Positions 30,039-38,275 of a DNA stretch of 64,000 nucleotides are shown here, in pieces (within the stretch, counting starts at the first letter, position 1; each line of letters begins with the position of its first letter). The notes beneath the pieces are model-generated. The model saw only the letters and a program-made list of their open reading frames with translations. It was not told the DNA's origin and made no database searches. The position numbers and the translations under genes were made by a program. Location of the stretch: positions 2,645 through 66,644 of the IMG/VR virus record IMGVR_UViG_3300043640_000353. One strand, written 5' to 3'. This stretch comes from a virus.

Positions 30039-30479
30039 ATGAACCCGAGATTACAATCAAAAATAGAAACCCTATTGGATCTTCCATCGGATAAATTAAC
30101 GGAACAATTCATAAGAAGGATTATTATTAAGGAATTACAATTTCAGTTGTTTAATAAGGTGGGGAGAAATTTACCTGCTAATTTTGTAACGTCAATAAAA
30201 TTTGATATCATTGGTAACATCATAATACCCTTAAATTTGTATACCGGGATAATGCTCTATACAGAAGATTTTGAATTACCCACCGTTGTATCCGAAGAAT
30301 TAATGGAATACGAAAATCAACATGCTAGGTTTATATTTTGCCCTGGAGTAAAGGATGGGGAAAGATGGCTTGAAGAGCCAAAGCTTATGGTAATATTAAG
30401 ATGTATGGTATGTAAAATATATAGTCCATATGATCCATCATGCCTAATAAAAATAATCCCTAATAAATCTATAAACTAA
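30039..30479 (+). CDS. Hypothetical protein (146 aa)
   Basis: ORF track; own promoter. Confidence 0.6.
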   Translation: MNPRLQSKIETLLDLPSDKLTEQFIRRIIIKELQFQLFNKVGRNLPANFVTSIKFDIIGNIIIPLNLYTGIMLYTEDFELPTVVSEELMEYENQHARFIFCPGVKDGERWLEEPKLMVILRCMVCKIYSPYDPSCLIKIIPNKSIN

Positions 30480-30485
30480 AAGATT

Positions 30486-30686
30486 ATGAAGATAACAAAT
30501 AAAGTGGTATTGGAATTAGAGGATAAAGATTTCTTTAATCCGGAAAGATCAACAAATGTTAGAGGTAGAAGGATTAATATAATTCTTATCAATAAAGCCG
30601 ATGCCCCCAAATGGGATAAGGATATGGAATTAAAGAGTATGGTGTTGCCAAACCTAAATAGGGGTGGTATGATATTATTCTTATAG
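30486..30686 (+). CDS. Hypothetical protein (66 aa)
   Basis: ORF track; followed by a terminator. Confidence 0.5.
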   Translation: MKITNKVVLELEDKDFFNPERSTNVRGRRINIILINKADAPKWDKDMELKSMVLPNLNRGGMILFL

Positions 30687-30745
30687 TTTGATGATCAGCG
30701 ATTGAAGTGATTTGATTTGTTTTCATTTCAAGGTAGCTGTTCACT

Positions 30746-30771
30746 GGGGATCTCATTAAGTTGGGATCCCC
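30746..30771 (+). terminator. Terminator ending the plus-strand block
   Basis: GGGGATCTCA-TTAAGT-TGGGATCCCC followed by TTATTGT. Confidence 0.75.
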
Positions 30772-31015
30772 TTATTGTGTGATATAAAATTCCTGGTAGA
30801 AAATTTTTTGTTTGTGATTTGGGAAAGATTTTAAGGTGTATTAGGGCCCAGTTGTGATTTGTGATTTGTGGGATTAAGGATGTGACCTATACCATTTTTC
30901 GGGTAGGGAATTGTCCTGTAAGTAGGTTTAAAGATTAAGATAGCGAAATTTTCCTGTAAGGTAAAGTAGGGGTTCCGGAAGTGGAAATGGCCTTCGGTGG
31001 ATCATATACGGGAAA

Positions 31016-31047
31016 AATAAATATCCCGAATAGGGGATATTTATTTA
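31016..31047 (-). terminator. Terminator ending the leftward early block
   Basis: AAATAAATATCCC-GAATAG-GGGATATTTATTT. Confidence 0.75.
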
Positions 31048-31067
31048 TAAATTAATAATTTTATTTT

Positions 31068-31514
31068 TTATTTTGTTAAAGATTCTTTTGCGATCTTTAA
31101 AACCCGTTCATAGTCTTGGATAGCTAGTTCATCAGTAACGTTTGTTAAACTTTTTAAAGAAAAATCATTTAAAATGTATTCTTTTTTGTAAAAAGAAATA
31201 AATTCTCTAGATAACTTTTTTATTTCTTCTTTATTTTTTTCAACAAAAAATTTGTTAGCAAAAAGTTTTAAATCCCTACGAATTTTGTTTCTTTTTTTCT
31301 TTTCGTCTTTTGCAGAAAGCTTATTTTTTTTATCAGCGATTGAATTTTCGAGTTGAAAACGATATAAGTAGTTTTTTTCTTTTACTGCGGTTGAACGATC
31401 TTTTTCAGCTGCTTTTTTTACTACTGCTGCTGCATTAGCACTATCAATAGCTTTTTCATTTTTTGAAACTTTTGCGCTTTGCGCTTTTTTTTCATTTTTT
31501 ACTTTGTTTTCCAT
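31068..31514 (-). CDS. Lys-rich early protein (148 aa)
   Basis: ATG lies at the end of 85-bp repeat copy 1; strongly AAA/TTT-biased codons. Confidence 0.75.
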   Translation of the reverse strand: MENKVKNEKKAQSAKVSKNEKAIDSANAAAVVKKAAEKDRSTAVKEKNYLYRFQLENSIADKKNKLSAKDEKKKRNKIRRDLKLFANKFFVEKNKEEIKKLSREFISFYKKEYILNDFSLKSLTNVTDELAIQDYERVLKIAKESLTK

Positions 31515-31596
31515 TTTTTTTAGAGTTTTAAAAAGTTTAACTTATTATTTATTTATATATATATAACGTAAAGATAAAAAAAAGATACAGAAAAAA
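31512..31596 (-). repeat. 85-bp perfect direct repeat (promoter+leader+ATG), copy 1
   Basis: Identical to 31774-31858; contains TATCTTTA (-7-like), a (TA)n run, and ends in ATG. Confidence 0.95.
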
Positions 31597-31776
31597 TTAA
31601 AATAAATTTATTATTTCGAATTTTGTTAACACTGCTGCTATTGCAGCAGATACAGCAATAAAAATAAATAAATAAAAATTAGTTTTGTTATTATTTTTTT
31701 TAAGCTGGTAAGTTTTTTTTTGCGTAAATGAAATTTCGAGAATTTCGTTTTTTACGGACTTGGGAAGTGTTTTCAT
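31597..31776 (-). CDS. Small membrane protein (59 aa) between the 85-bp repeats; absent from the ORF track
   Basis: MKTLPKSVKNEILEISFTQKKTYQLKKNNNKTNFYLFIFIAVSAAIAAVLTKFEIINLF; starts at the repeat ATG and stops at the edge of the other copy. Confidence 0.7.
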   Translation of the reverse strand: MKTLPKSVKNEILEISFTQKKTYQLKKNNNKTNFYLFIFIAVSAAIAAVLTKFEIINLF

Positions 31777-31858
31777 TTTTTTTAGAGTTTTAAAAAGTTT
31801 AACTTATTATTTATTTATATATATATAACGTAAAGATAAAAAAAAGATACAGAAAAAA
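31774..31858 (-). repeat. 85-bp perfect direct repeat, copy 2
   Basis: Identical to 31512-31596. Confidence 0.95.
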
Positions 31859-32171
31859 AAATTATTTTTATAAAAATGGTGGGTTGGGTACCCTGCCATA
31901 ATCTCCGGGCCATAAATAGGATTTGGCATAAAAGGTTTTAAGGAAGTTATGAACGGGCCTTTATTAATGGGGTAGGGGCCTAACTTGGCGGCTAAAGTAA
32001 TTTTTGGCCTAATTATTTTCCCACCCAAATCTCTCTTTGTAGCGCATATAGGCCATACCTTATTATCTGAACCAATAATATGGCTGTATATGGTATATAT
32101 CCTTATTATCCACACATGTTCTCGCCCGCATAAACTATAACGCGTTCATTCGCGTTGCTATTAGGATTAAT

Positions 32172-32194
32172 GGGTTATGGGTAGGGATGGGGGG
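32172..32194 (+). other. Canonical G-quadruplex-forming motif
   Basis: GGG-TTAT-GGG-TA-GGG-AT-GGGGGG. Confidence 0.6.
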
Positions 32195-32347
32195 TTAGGC
32201 CTATATTAGCTCTAATCCTTTTATATATACCATAATGCCTTATACCTATATGGAAAGGTTGCGTTATGACTTAGGATAAGGCTAATATAGGCCATACCAA
32301 ATATCCCACAACAAAGCCCTAAGTGAATAGGGCTAAGGAAGGTTATT

Positions 32348-32629
32348 TTAAACATTATATTTATAGGATTTGAAATATTCGGGTTCATTGCCTTGGATTG
32401 AATATATCCTTGGAAAATCCAAATCATTAATAAACCTTGTTTCATCTTGAATAGAACCAATATCATTATTAGTGGAGTTATATTCGGAAGCTAATACCTT
32501 AAACATATAAGCTTCATCATCCTCAGCTATATATTGAACTTCCCTGTTATAACCTTCATGGTCGGTAAGTAGATAGTTTTTACCTATCTCAAGATTCTTA
32601 AATCGGATTGGGTTATTAGGCTTTTTCAT
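32348..32629 (-). CDS. Hypothetical early protein (93 aa)
   Basis: Downstream of a consensus promoter; hairpin AGCCCT/AGGGCT just downstream. Confidence 0.7.
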   Translation of the reverse strand: MKKPNNPIRFKNLEIGKNYLLTDHEGYNREVQYIAEDDEAYMFKVLASEYNSTNNDIGSIQDETRFINDLDFPRIYSIQGNEPEYFKSYKYNV

Positions 32630-32694
32630 GATTTCTAGGTTTTAATCATTAATATTTTATAATACAAATATAGGAATAAAAGGTACCATACAAA
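32627..32694 (-). promoter_or_regulatory. Bacteroidota sigma70 promoter plus leader; 32627-32679 is duplicated at 35229-35281
   Basis: TTTG (32694-32691)-N18-TATATTTG (32672-32665); 53-bp repeat with 2 mismatches. Confidence 0.8.
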
Positions 32695-32697
32695 GAA

Positions 32698-32723
32698 GGC
32701 CTTAGAAAATTAAATCTAAGGCC
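32698..32723 (-). terminator. Hairpin/terminator
   Basis: GGCCTTAG-N10-CTAAGGCC. Confidence 0.55.
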
Positions 32724-32795
32724 TATTACCTAATCCGATTTGGCCTATCCTGGCGATATTAAGGTACCCAACAAGCCGACTGAAAATATATAATC

Positions 32796-33653
32796 CTATT
32801 CAGGTAAAAAGGTTTCTTCATCAATATTTTCTTCTATGGATCTACGACTTTCATGGTGATTGGATTTGGTTTTAGGTCCTTCTAATAAGGTCATTCCATC
32901 TGTATTAGACATTGCCTGTTTGGTTGCTAGGACTTCGGGTTGTGAATCCAAATCATGTGCCTTTCTGAGATGAAGGTAATCATTAGGATTATAGGATATG
33001 GTACCTAATCCTTGTTCATGGATTATGTTTAAGGCCTCATTAATCCCTATTGCCTTCATTGCGGGATTTGTTTGGGATAGGTTAGGATTAAGGTAATTGT
33101 TTTGTTGGAAATTAAGGCCATTTTGGTAAGGATTATGGCCTGATAAAGCCTTACTAATATCTACCATTCCCTTAATGCCATCTAAGTTTAATTTGAGTGC
33201 TTCATTAACACTGGATGAAATATATGGTTTATAGGAAGAGCCCTGGGAGGCCTGTAAAAGCTGCAATTGTTGGCTTACTAAGGCCTGATGTTCCAAGATT
33301 TTTTCTAAACCCAAAAAATCTAAAGCCCCTTTTATCCTATCCCCTGTTCCTAACATTACCTTACTCATCTTTGAATTATATTCCAAATATGCTTTCATTA
33401 TCTTGGTATTTGATACGTTTAAATAATCTGCCAATGTAGATATAGTTAACTTCTTTCCTTTTACTTGTATATTAGTTGATAACATGTATTGGATAATACG
33501 TTCGAGAAGATCTGGGTTAATATTCTGTTTTAGATGGTTAGCTTGTTGGGCTAGTAAGGTAATACCGAATGGTCTAGGTACCCTTTTTAGCTTATTATCT
33601 TTTACTTTCTTTTGTCTTATTTTATTTCTTTTCGGATTATCTTGCTTTCTCAT
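32796..33653 (-). CDS. Hypothetical HTH-containing protein (285 aa); possible terminase small subunit
   Basis: LTISTLADYLNVSNTKIMK is HTH-like; basic N-terminus; no TerS found next to terL; TerS identity is inference. Confidence 0.55.
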   Translation of the reverse strand: MRKQDNPKRNKIRQKKVKDNKLKRVPRPFGITLLAQQANHLKQNINPDLLERIIQYMLSTNIQVKGKKLTISTLADYLNVSNTKIMKAYLEYNSKMSKVMLGTGDRIKGALDFLGLEKILEHQALVSQQLQLLQASQGSSYKPYISSSVNEALKLNLDGIKGMVDISKALSGHNPYQNGLNFQQNNYLNPNLSQTNPAMKAIGINEALNIIHEQGLGTISYNPNDYLHLRKAHDLDSQPEVLATKQAMSNTDGMTLLEGPKTKSNHHESRRSIEENIDEETFLPE

Positions 33654-33716
33654 GAGATTAGGTATTACATTAGTAATACCTAAATAGTTGATAGCCTGAA
33701 TTGGTGGGAGTTAATG

Positions 33717-33935
33717 CTAGTTTGGGAGGGTTATATGTATTCTAATATAGATAAAGATTTTGGTTACGCTGGTAATGGTTACATAGTTAATTGTAATATC
33801 CCTATCTGTCTTATTCTTTTGTTTTAGATGGTTAATTATTTCCTGTGTTAAGGTACCTTTATTAAAAAGGTCTTTATAAACCTTTGGATGGATCCTTAAT
33901 TTTTGGAATGGGGTTATTGGTTTGGAATTTAACAT
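33717..33935 (-). CDS. Hypothetical protein (72 aa)
   Basis: ORF track. Confidence 0.4.
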   Translation of the reverse strand: MLNSKPITPFQKLRIHPKVYKDLFNKGTLTQEIINHLKQKNKTDRDITINYVTITSVTKIFIYIRIHITLPN

Positions 33936-33939
33936 GGGG

Positions 33940-34254
33940 TTAGTTATATTTAAAGGTTAGGTTTCTATTAATAACCCTTATAGTTTGAGAGAACATCTGT
34001 TTAGTTTCATTAAGCATTTGTAGATCGCTTTTAGATAGTTCTAGCGAGAGTTTTAATGTTGTTATTAATTGTTCGTCAATTTCTTTCACTTTTGTATCTA
34101 GAAACTGTATGTTTAGTAACCTACGGAACAATTGGACTTCGGGGTCATTGAGATTAAAGTCAATATAATGTTGCCCAATTTCTTTATAGAAGGCATTTAT
34201 TTTGGTTATATTGAAATGAGGATTTGGTTTCATGATTTTAGAGTTTTTAGGCAT
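33940..34254 (-). CDS. Hypothetical protein (104 aa)
   Basis: ORF track. Confidence 0.6.
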   Translation of the reverse strand: MPKNSKIMKPNPHFNITKINAFYKEIGQHYIDFNLNDPEVQLFRRLLNIQFLDTKVKEIDEQLITTLKLSLELSKSDLQMLNETKQMFSQTIRVINRNLTFKYN

Positions 34255-34371
34255 TGGTTAAATAGATTTAATAAGGTATATCCATAAACGTCATTAGTTT
34301 AGTTTTTATAATGGAATATTTACCCCCCTATTCTTCGGTTGATTTGATTACTGGTTTTTAGGATTTAAAGG

Positions 34372-34740
34372 CTATTGATTATCTATAAATTGTATCCAAT
34401 CATTAAAAGGGAACATAACTGAATCACCCGGGATATTTACCCATAACTTGCCTTTATCCAAATAAAAATCTACATCTACCTCTTTTTTGCCATTATCATA
34501 AAAACCATAATCAAAGAATACTTCAAAGGCACATTGTTTTTTAAGAAATCTTAGGATTCCCTTGGGACCTGAATAAAATATCTTTTCTTCAGCGGTATAT
34601 ACCGGTAATTCGATTATTTCACCTTTACCAATGATCGAAAGATGTTTGGATAGTTTATTCCAAGCGGCCATTGATAGTTTATCCTTCAAATAATCAGTAA
34701 GCATTATGTGGATTAATTTTTTAGTATCTGGGGCTTCCAT
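34372..34740 (-). CDS. Hypothetical protein (122 aa)
   Basis: ORF track; typical AAAATC-ATG leader. Confidence 0.65.
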   Translation of the reverse strand: MEAPDTKKLIHIMLTDYLKDKLSMAAWNKLSKHLSIIGKGEIIELPVYTAEEKIFYSGPKGILRFLKKQCAFEVFFDYGFYDNGKKEVDVDFYLDKGKLWVNIPGDSVMFPFNDWIQFIDNQ

Positions 34741-34750
34741 GATTTTAGAT

Positions 34751-34966
34751 TTAAAGATTATTATCTGATTTTATTTGGTTTCTAAGTTGGGTAAAACCCC
34801 TTTTATGTTTTAATTCCCCACCATCTCTTATCCAATCTTCTTCATAATAATCATCTATTGCCGGCATATTATTGGTGTGGGTAAAATAATATTTATTTCG
34901 AAAGGTAATACCAATTAGGTACCTCCCATACCCCGCTGGGCTACAAGTGTCAAGTATATATTTCAT
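34751..34966 (-). CDS. Hypothetical protein (71 aa)
   Basis: ORF track. Confidence 0.65.
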   Translation of the reverse strand: MKYILDTCSPAGYGRYLIGITFRNKYYFTHTNNMPAIDDYYEEDWIRDGGELKHKRGFTQLRNQIKSDNNL

Positions 34967-34979
34967 GTTATTTAGGGTT

Positions 34980-35231
34980 TTATTTGTAATTATTGTAATC
35001 CTTAGTCCATTGGATAACCTGATCTATATTACTCAATAATTGTAAAGGATGTCCTTTATCCAATTTGATTAATAATTCTATTCCATAACCTTTGGTAAAT
35101 TTCCTGATAACAACCTGAGTAGGGGACATTCCTGCTATAATGGAATTTTTAAACCCTCCTCTATATATTCCCTGATCCTTATCATTACCGGTAATGGCTT
35201 CTAATTTAGATTTTAATTGATTTTCTGTCAT
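34980..35231 (-). CDS. Hypothetical protein (83 aa)
   Basis: Behind a duplicated promoter (TATATTTG at 35274-35267). Confidence 0.7.
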   Translation of the reverse strand: MTENQLKSKLEAITGNDKDQGIYRGGFKNSIIAGMSPTQVVIRKFTKGYGIELLIKLDKGHPLQLLSNIDQVIQWTKDYNNYK

Positions 35232-35283
35232 AATTTCTAGGTTTTAATTATTAATATTTTATAATACAAATATAGGAATAATA

Positions 35284-35571
35284 TTAACTGATAGGCAAAG
35301 AGCCTTGTGAATTTCTTATAGGCGGTAGGAATGTGGATATAATGGTTTTGGCAATCTTATATGGAATAAGATATAAAGGATAGGATTGAGGTTGCTTTAA
35401 TTGAATCCTTTTACCATCCGGAAAACTAGTGGATTGAATATTTCCCATTTTAATGGGTTTATAATCATATTCTGGGCATGAAAGCCTTATTTCTCTGATA
35501 TCCTCAATTAGGGTTCGATTGATACGTGTAGTGGTCATATTAGTTGGTTTTAGGTTTATATTCAAGTTCAA
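35284..35571 (-). CDS. Hypothetical protein (95 aa or shorter)
   Basis: ORF track; true start may be the later MTTTR. Confidence 0.55.
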   Translation of the reverse strand: MNLNINLKPTNMTTTRINRTLIEDIREIRLSCPEYDYKPIKMGNIQSTSFPDGKRIQLKQPQSYPLYLIPYKIAKTIISTFLPPIRNSQGSLPIS

Positions 35572-35902
35572 ATTTGGAGGCTACCAATTTAAATTGATAT
35601 TCCCAATGATCAATTTTATGGGAATCATGAACTGATTGAAGATTCGATATAAGTTCCCAATGTGCATCTGGTACTTCTCGATTATCTTTTAGAATAAACC
35701 ATGTACGATGCTTAGAGTTTAAATCCCGATATTCCTCATCCGACATTAAGCAACCGGCAGCACATGATAATAGATTATTGCTTGTCCTATAAACACATTT
35801 TGTTTTTTCCATAGCTGCTATACCTTGATGTCTTAGATGGTTTACCACCTGGTCAAATACCTGTTGAGGTGTAGCTTCGTGTAATGTGGCTAATATTATC
35901 AT
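35540..35902 (-). CDS. Conserved phage protein (120 aa)
   Basis: TPQQVFDQVVNHLRHQG...CVYR...SCAAGCLMSDEEY...LQSVHD pattern recognised from other phages. Confidence 0.7.
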   Translation of the reverse strand: MIILATLHEATPQQVFDQVVNHLRHQGIAAMEKTKCVYRTSNNLLSCAAGCLMSDEEYRDLNSKHRTWFILKDNREVPDAHWELISNLQSVHDSHKIDHWEYQFKLVASKFELEYKPKTN

Positions 35903-36087
35903 GATATGTGGTAATTTAAAATATTTATAGCTTTAATTATAATAGGATAATTATTTATTAAACCCATTACCTTATTCGGATCTAAACCAAGTTTTCTCAT
36001 TTTAATGGCAATAATGTAATTTTGACATTGGGTTATCTCCTCGGGAGTTAGGTTATATTGTTGACATATTTCTCCAAAGTTTCTCAT
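35899..36087 (-). CDS. Hypothetical protein (62 aa)
   Basis: Overlapping stop/start junctions with neighbours. Confidence 0.55.
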   Translation of the reverse strand: MRNFGEICQQYNLTPEEITQCQNYIIAIKMRKLGLDPNKVMGLINNYPIIIKAINILNYHIS

Positions 36088-36299
36088 TATTTCTGGATTT
36101 TATTAGTTAAATCCCTTATTTCATTCCTTAATAATTCGGTATGAAGGATTATAAGGTTTAATTGGCTAAGGTGAGGATCATCATCATTTTGTTCATATAA
36201 GCCATATAATTCTTCTTTATCGGCTTGTAAATGCTTTAACAAATTTTCGGCTTTTTCTAATTTTTCTGCCATTAAGGCCTTGAATAGTTCTGATACCAT
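36087..36299 (-). CDS. Hypothetical coiled-coil protein (70 aa)
   Basis: ORF track. Confidence 0.6.
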   Translation of the reverse strand: MVSELFKALMAEKLEKAENLLKHLQADKEELYGLYEQNDDDPHLSQLNLIILHTELLRNEIRDLTNKIQK

Positions 36300-36303
36300 A
36301 ATA

Positions 36304-36885
36304 TTAGGATTTAAGAAATAGTTTTACAAAGGCTATAATTGTATTTTTGAAATGGTCCTTACCCCGTCCTGAACTAGGAGCATCATAAGCAGCAGCATAA
36401 GCAGCAGCATCAGCAGCATAAGCAGCATCAGCAGCAGCAGCATCAGCAGCAGCAGCAGCATAAGCATAAGCAGCAGCATCAGCAGCATAAGCAGCAGCAT
36501 CAGCAGCATAAGCAGCAGCATCAGCAGCAGCAGCAGCATAAGCAAGTTGGCGCTTATCTCTCAATTCATTAATCCCTATTGTACCCTTCAAATAGGCCTT
36601 TGCTGCCTCTATAGCCTGCCTTGGTGCCTTATTACCAGGGTATTTATTCTCGTATATTACCAGGGTTATTTCTGCTATTCCAATACAAAGCCATTTCTTT
36701 TGCCCCGAGTCTAACTCACATTGGTTTCTTACAAACCATAGTTTATCTTTTAATGGTATTTCACTATCCAAGATGGTATCTATGTTAATTTCTGGTTGTC
36801 CTATAAAGGACAATTTTTGAACTTGTTCCCGATTATAGCATCCCCTGTTGGTTAGGATATCGATTGGGGTAAAATTTGTTTTCAT
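36304..36885 (-). CDS. Imm5-like helical protein with Ala-rich tandem repeats
   Basis: IYENKYPGNKAPRQAIEAAKAYLKG followed by (AYAA/DAAA)n. Confidence 0.7.
   Translation of the reverse strand: MKTNFTPIDILTNRGCYNREQVQKLSFIGQPEINIDTILDSEIPLKDKLWFVRNQCELDSGQKKWLCIGIAEITLVIYENKYPGNKAPRQAIEAAKAYLKGTIGINELRDKRQLAYAAAAADAAAYAADAAAYAADAAAYAYAAAAADAAAADAAYAADAAAYAAAYDAPSSGRGKDHFKNTIIAFVKLFLKS
36378..36544. repeat. Imperfect tandem array of GCAGCA-TCA/TAA units
   Basis: Seen directly; encodes the AYAADAAAY repeats. Confidence 0.9.
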
Positions 36886-36887
36886 GA

Positions 36888-37250
36888 TTATATTAGGATT
36901 TTATCGGTTTGATTATTAACTTCTATAAGCTTGTCATTTACCAATCCCATATATAGCTCATTACAGGGTCGGTGTATATAATTATGAATATTAGTCTCAG
37001 ATATATCCATATTGAAGATTTCCATTAAATCCTTGGTATCTTCCGAGTCGTGTAGCATATTCAATTGTAGAAAGTCTTTGAATATCTTCTGTAAGAGTTT
37101 TAGTTTCTCTGTTGGAGTGTTTGCCCATTTCTGGTTCTTATCAATTCCCAATCTTCTTTGGGTTTTATATTCAGCTTTTTCAGATGTGGTAAGGTTTTTG
37201 TAATTAATCCTTATCTCACCTATACTGGGTCTTTTGGATTTCTTAGCCAT
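36888..37250 (-). CDS. Hypothetical early protein (120 aa)
   Basis: Promoter TATATTTG at 37297-37290. Confidence 0.7.
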   Translation of the reverse strand: MAKKSKRPSIGEIRINYKNLTTSEKAEYKTQRRLGIDKNQKWANTPTEKLKLLQKIFKDFLQLNMLHDSEDTKDLMEIFNMDISETNIHNYIHRPCNELYMGLVNDKLIEVNNQTDKILI

Positions 37251-37305
37251 AATTTTAGAGTTTTTAATTAATACTAATTATTTATAATGCAAATATAATG
37301 GGTAT

Positions 37306-37614
37306 TTAACCTTTTATACCTATAGCCCGAAAAGAATTTAAAACCCTATATTCACAGCCTTTATAATGTACCTTAACAAATTCCCTTACCCTAGACCTAC
37401 CCTTTTGTGGTATAACTGTCTTGGTATATGGTAAAGATATAATAATCAATAAAATAGGATCATCACCTTTTCTTACGGTTAATAATTCCCAACCATTATT
37501 AGTGGTTAAATTCAATAGGTATGAATTATCAGCTAGATAGGCATTTTTACCTATATCTTCAGCTGTTGCCCTTAGATTACGTTTTCCACCTTCTATATTT
37601 TTTCTTACGGCCAT
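37306..37614 (-). CDS. Hypothetical protein (102 aa)
   Basis: ORF track. Confidence 0.6.
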   Translation of the reverse strand: MAVRKNIEGGKRNLRATAEDIGKNAYLADNSYLLNLTTNNGWELLTVRKGDDPILLIIISLPYTKTVIPQKGRSRVREFVKVHYKGCEYRVLNSFRAIGIKG

Positions 37615-37829
37615 TTTTTATATGATTTATCCTGGTTAGTATATTTTTCAATTAATTGGGTATCCATAAATCCACCTGATTTTGGTAATTTAACCTTAAA
37701 CCACCTACCTTGCCTATTGGGTGTTTGTTCATATAAAAATTGAACTTTGCATTTAAAGTTTATATGCCAAACTATTTCGTCGGGAGTAAAAATTTCTTTG
37801 GGTATGGATTTCTTTTTCATCATAATCAT
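37605..37829 (-). CDS. Hypothetical protein (74 aa)
   Basis: ORF track. Confidence 0.6.
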   Translation of the reverse strand: MIMMKKKSIPKEIFTPDEIVWHINFKCKVQFLYEQTPNRQGRWFKVKLPKSGGFMDTQLIEKYTNQDKSYKKWP

Positions 37830-37831
37830 TT

Positions 37832-38107
37832 CTAGGGATGTGTTAAGGTTATGACTTTATAGGGGGTTAATGAACCAGGTAAGCCTTCCAATTCTTTGCT
37901 AACCTTTTTGGCTAGGCTAATTGCCATGGGACAAATCTTTTTTAAATCTTCTTCCCTATAGCAAGTTCCACGATGACCGGTTGGTAAGCTAAATATATAA
38001 TATGGTGAACCCTTACCTGAAGCAACTAGGGTAATTCCCAATTTTGGTATAGATAAATCTAAAGATTTAATTATTGCTTTGACTAATATTGTTTCCATAA
38101 ATTTCAT
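37832..38107 (-). CDS. Hypothetical protein (91 aa)
   Basis: Behind the 40-bp duplicated promoter. Confidence 0.65.
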   Translation of the reverse strand: MKFMETILVKAIIKSLDLSIPKLGITLVASGKGSPYYIFSLPTGHRGTCYREEDLKKICPMAISLAKKVSKELEGLPGSLTPYKVITLTHP

Positions 38108-38123
38108 ATTTTATATTTTATAG

Positions 38124-38163
38124 GGTAAAATTAATTGATAATTAACCTATATGAAAGGAGCTT
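38124..38163 (-). repeat. 40-bp exact promoter duplication (other copy 42533-42572)
   Basis: GGTAAAATTAATTGATAATTAACCTATATGAAAGGAGCTT in both; both downstream genes begin MKFM. Confidence 0.9.
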
Positions 38164-38182
38164 AGGAAATAAAATCACAAAA

Positions 38183-38222
38183 GGAATCCCGGTAGGAAAC
38201 TCTAATAACCTTGCCGGGATTC
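38183..38222 (-). terminator. Rho-independent terminator
   Basis: GAATCCCGGTAGG-N12-CCTTGCCGGGATTC, followed by T-rich sequence on the minus strand. Confidence 0.7.
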
Positions 38223-38275
38223 TGTTCAAGTAATGAACCCAATGTTTAACCATGGCATTAGACCCTTTACTATCT

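Noticed and set aside
31807-32466. ORFs 31807-32115 and 32221-32466
   Set aside because: They run through promoter repeats or overlap a better gene out of frame; composition is not protein-like, so the region is treated as non-coding
36378-36544. Possible DGR template/variable repeat or CRISPR array
   Set aside because: Low-complexity in-frame coding repeat; no reverse transcriptase, no adenine-specific paired variants, no repeat-spacer periodicity
36333-36545. MLMLLLL... ORF
   Set aside because: Frame shadow of the Ala-rich repeat
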